From Squalus acanthias (Eukaryota), in the NCBI GenBank assembly GCA_030390025.1, contig CM059432.1, forward strand, positions 24,430,001 through 24,494,000: a DNA stretch of 64,000 nt, given 5' to 3'. Shown piece after piece: positions 61,792 to 64,000 of this stretch. The notes below the pieces were generated by a model. It ran no database searches, was not told the DNA's origin, and was given only the letters and a program-made list of their open reading frames with translations. Both the position numbers and the translations under genes were made by a program. Each line of letters begins with the position of its first letter. The first letter of the stretch is position 1.

Positions 61792-62562
61792 GGGCTGGAT
61801 TTTACTCACCGAGACGCGTTTGGGGCGGGACTGCTGCCTTCCAGGTTCTAGTCCCGCCTCCAGCGACATCTGATGAACAGACGCTATTTTGCCCCGATTG
61901 GCCTTGTTAAGCCCACCCTGCGGGCTTGCCAGCCAATTAAGGGAAAGCCGGTGTCAGATAACGTCAGTTGATGATACTTCATCTGCCGGTTTTCTTAAAG
62001 GCATATGCACCACACTTGTTTGACAGATGATTTGACAGTGTTTGATGGCAGCTGCAGCTGAGATTGCAGAATGCCATCTGTCACTTCTCCCGATGAGATG
62101 AGGCTACACAAACATTTCACAGCTTGTCACCTGCAGAAACATCTAACCACATTAAAAATTACTTTCACAACATATCCTTACCTCTGATACTAACCAGTGT
62201 CCCATTGCATCCTTCACACCACTTCTGCAGCTGTCATCCAAACACCAACATAACACAGGCCCACAGCACGCCTCACTTACCCTGGTGGGGTTCCCCGACG
62301 TTGGGAAGCCCGCAGCAGCAGTCAAAAAATTGGAAAAAGCCTCTTAACTGCCTGTTAACTACCTGCTAACAGGCAGTTAAGTGGCTATAATCCTCTTCCC
62401 GCCGCTAGGAGTCGGGTCCCTGCGCAAATCGGGGACCCGACTTCTGGGAAGATTGGTTGGAGGCGGGTTGGGAGCGGGTTTGGGAACCGCTCCCATTTTT
62501 TGGGACTTTCTCAGCAGTCCCGCCTCCAAACCCACCTCCTCAGGGCTGGTAAAATCCAGCCC
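61792..62562. mobile_element. Non-autonomous Harbinger R, GGCGGG-motif group
   Basis: Perfect 14-bp TIR GGGCTGGATTTTAC; TAT TSD. Confidence 0.9.
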
Positions 62563-62782
62563 TATCTCTCTTACTATCTAGACAGTATTAGAGTCCCATG
62601 TTGGGGCTGGTCTAATCCCTTTGATTGTGGGCAAAGTTCCATAGTACAAAACTGCCCAGAATTTGGTACTAATTGGCAGTAATGCACTCTTACACAAAGC
62701 AGCTAGAAGAATATTCAAAGTAGAAATGTCATACTGGTACAGTAGGATAACCTCCTGTGCTGTGCAGAGGAAGTTAATATGT

Positions 62783-63822
62783 CATAGGAATATAAGAACA
62801 TTAAGAACAGAAGTAAGCCATTCAGCCCCTCGAGCCTGCTCTGCCATTCAATTATATCATTGGCTGATCTGCACCTCAACTCCGTTTTTCCACCTTTGCT
62901 CCATATCCCTTGATACCCTACTAACAAAAATCTACATATCTCAGTCTTGAAAGCTCCAATTGTCCCAGCATCCATAGCCTTTTGGGGGTGAGAGTTCCAG
63001 ATTTCTACTGCCTTTTGTGTGAACAAGTGCTTCCTGAGTTTGCTCCTGAATGGCCAAGCTCTAATTTTAAGATTATGGGGGAAAAAATTTGGTATCGACC
63101 ATTTTGGGTCGCTAACATCGCCTGGGCGTTAACTTTAGCGCCCGGCGCTAATTAGCGCCGGCGACCACGAAATTGAGTTTTAGCGCCCCTAAGAGGGAAG
63201 TGGAGTACTAAATCAAGCAGTCCACTTCATTCCTGGAGCGCAACAGGCAGCAGGCGGAAGTTGTGCAGCGCTGCAGCATTAGAAGGCTCCTTCCCACCCT
63301 TAAAGGGAAGGGCCACCGCTGCAGGCTCTGCAAGGAAAAAACTTACCTGCTCCCCAATGGCAGCTGCGATCCGGCCCAATCAGCCCGATGCACTGCAGCA
63401 GAGTGCCGGGCTGATCGATGGCTGGCGACGAAAAAAAAAGCACAAAGAGAATTTCAGAATTTTTTTTACCCTATCTCGGCCACCTCGCCTTTAAGTATCA
63501 CCCCTGAAGCGCCCGACCTCCCGATCAACGCCTCCTGCAGCTGGCGTTGTCATTGCCCGGCGCGGAAATGAACTTCGGGTCCGTGGCGCTACCTGATGAT
63601 GTCACGATCTCCGGGCGCAGGAGATCGTGGCACTAGGGGTTACCGCCGCTGCAAACCGCCAGGTGAATTTCACGGGCAGCAGTTAAAATCGCCGTGCCCG
63701 GGCAGTCAGTCCTTAGTGCCCCATTATCGCCCCCTGGAGGCGCTAATGGGAGGCTCTAAGGCACTGAATTTCTAGCCCTAATAGTCTCCTTGTCCTTCAT
63801 TCCCCCACCAGAGGAAATAATT
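62783..63822 (-). mobile_element. CR1 3' fragment split by MITE S
   Basis: FTQKAVEIWNS ORF and tail; resumes at about 63780. Confidence 0.8.
63077..63778. mobile_element. Non-autonomous Harbinger S, GGCGC-motif family
   Basis: Ends GGGGGAAAAAATT and AATTTCTAGCCC; subtermini homologous to L and N; TSD TAT/TAA. Confidence 0.85.
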
Positions 63823-64000
63823 TCAATAAAACATTTTGTTAATGTCTTATTAAGGAAGTGCAGCTTTACGCTATCTAACTGATGACTTTGCCTGGAAGTG
63901 TTTTACAGATAGGAAATGGGGAAACAGATGGTTTGGGGTTGGGAAAAATAAGAACATTAGAAAATCCAGAGTCAACGTCTGACTATTCTATCAAGAGTGA

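Overview
Vertebrate genomic DNA, most likely from a cartilaginous fish. That assignment is an inference from shark-type DeuSINE and V-SINE repeats and dense CR1 LINEs. I found no recognisable host gene; most of the window is a layered stack of transposable elements. The dominant system is PIF/Harbinger DNA transposons, about 19 insertions of different ages. They carry two convergent genes: a single-exon DDE transposase and a 3-exon Myb/SANT-like DNA-binding protein. One 4.15-kb copy (31837-35982) has intact TIRs, an ATA target-site duplication (TSD), an apparently intact spliced 458-aa Myb/SANT gene, and a 392-codon transposase broken by only one TGA. A second family (11432-15703) is nearly as complete. 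The two families differ in subterminal motifs but appear to share an extended target preference, and both have MITE-like derivatives in the window. Also present are many CR1 LINEs (one near full length, with a zinc-finger/esterase ORF1), RTE and L2 fragments, three SINE types, a solo LTR, and two short Penelope-type inserts carrying minimal hammerhead ribozyme cores. All calls are by eye. Boundaries of old elements are approximate, and repeat family names are recalled rather than searched.
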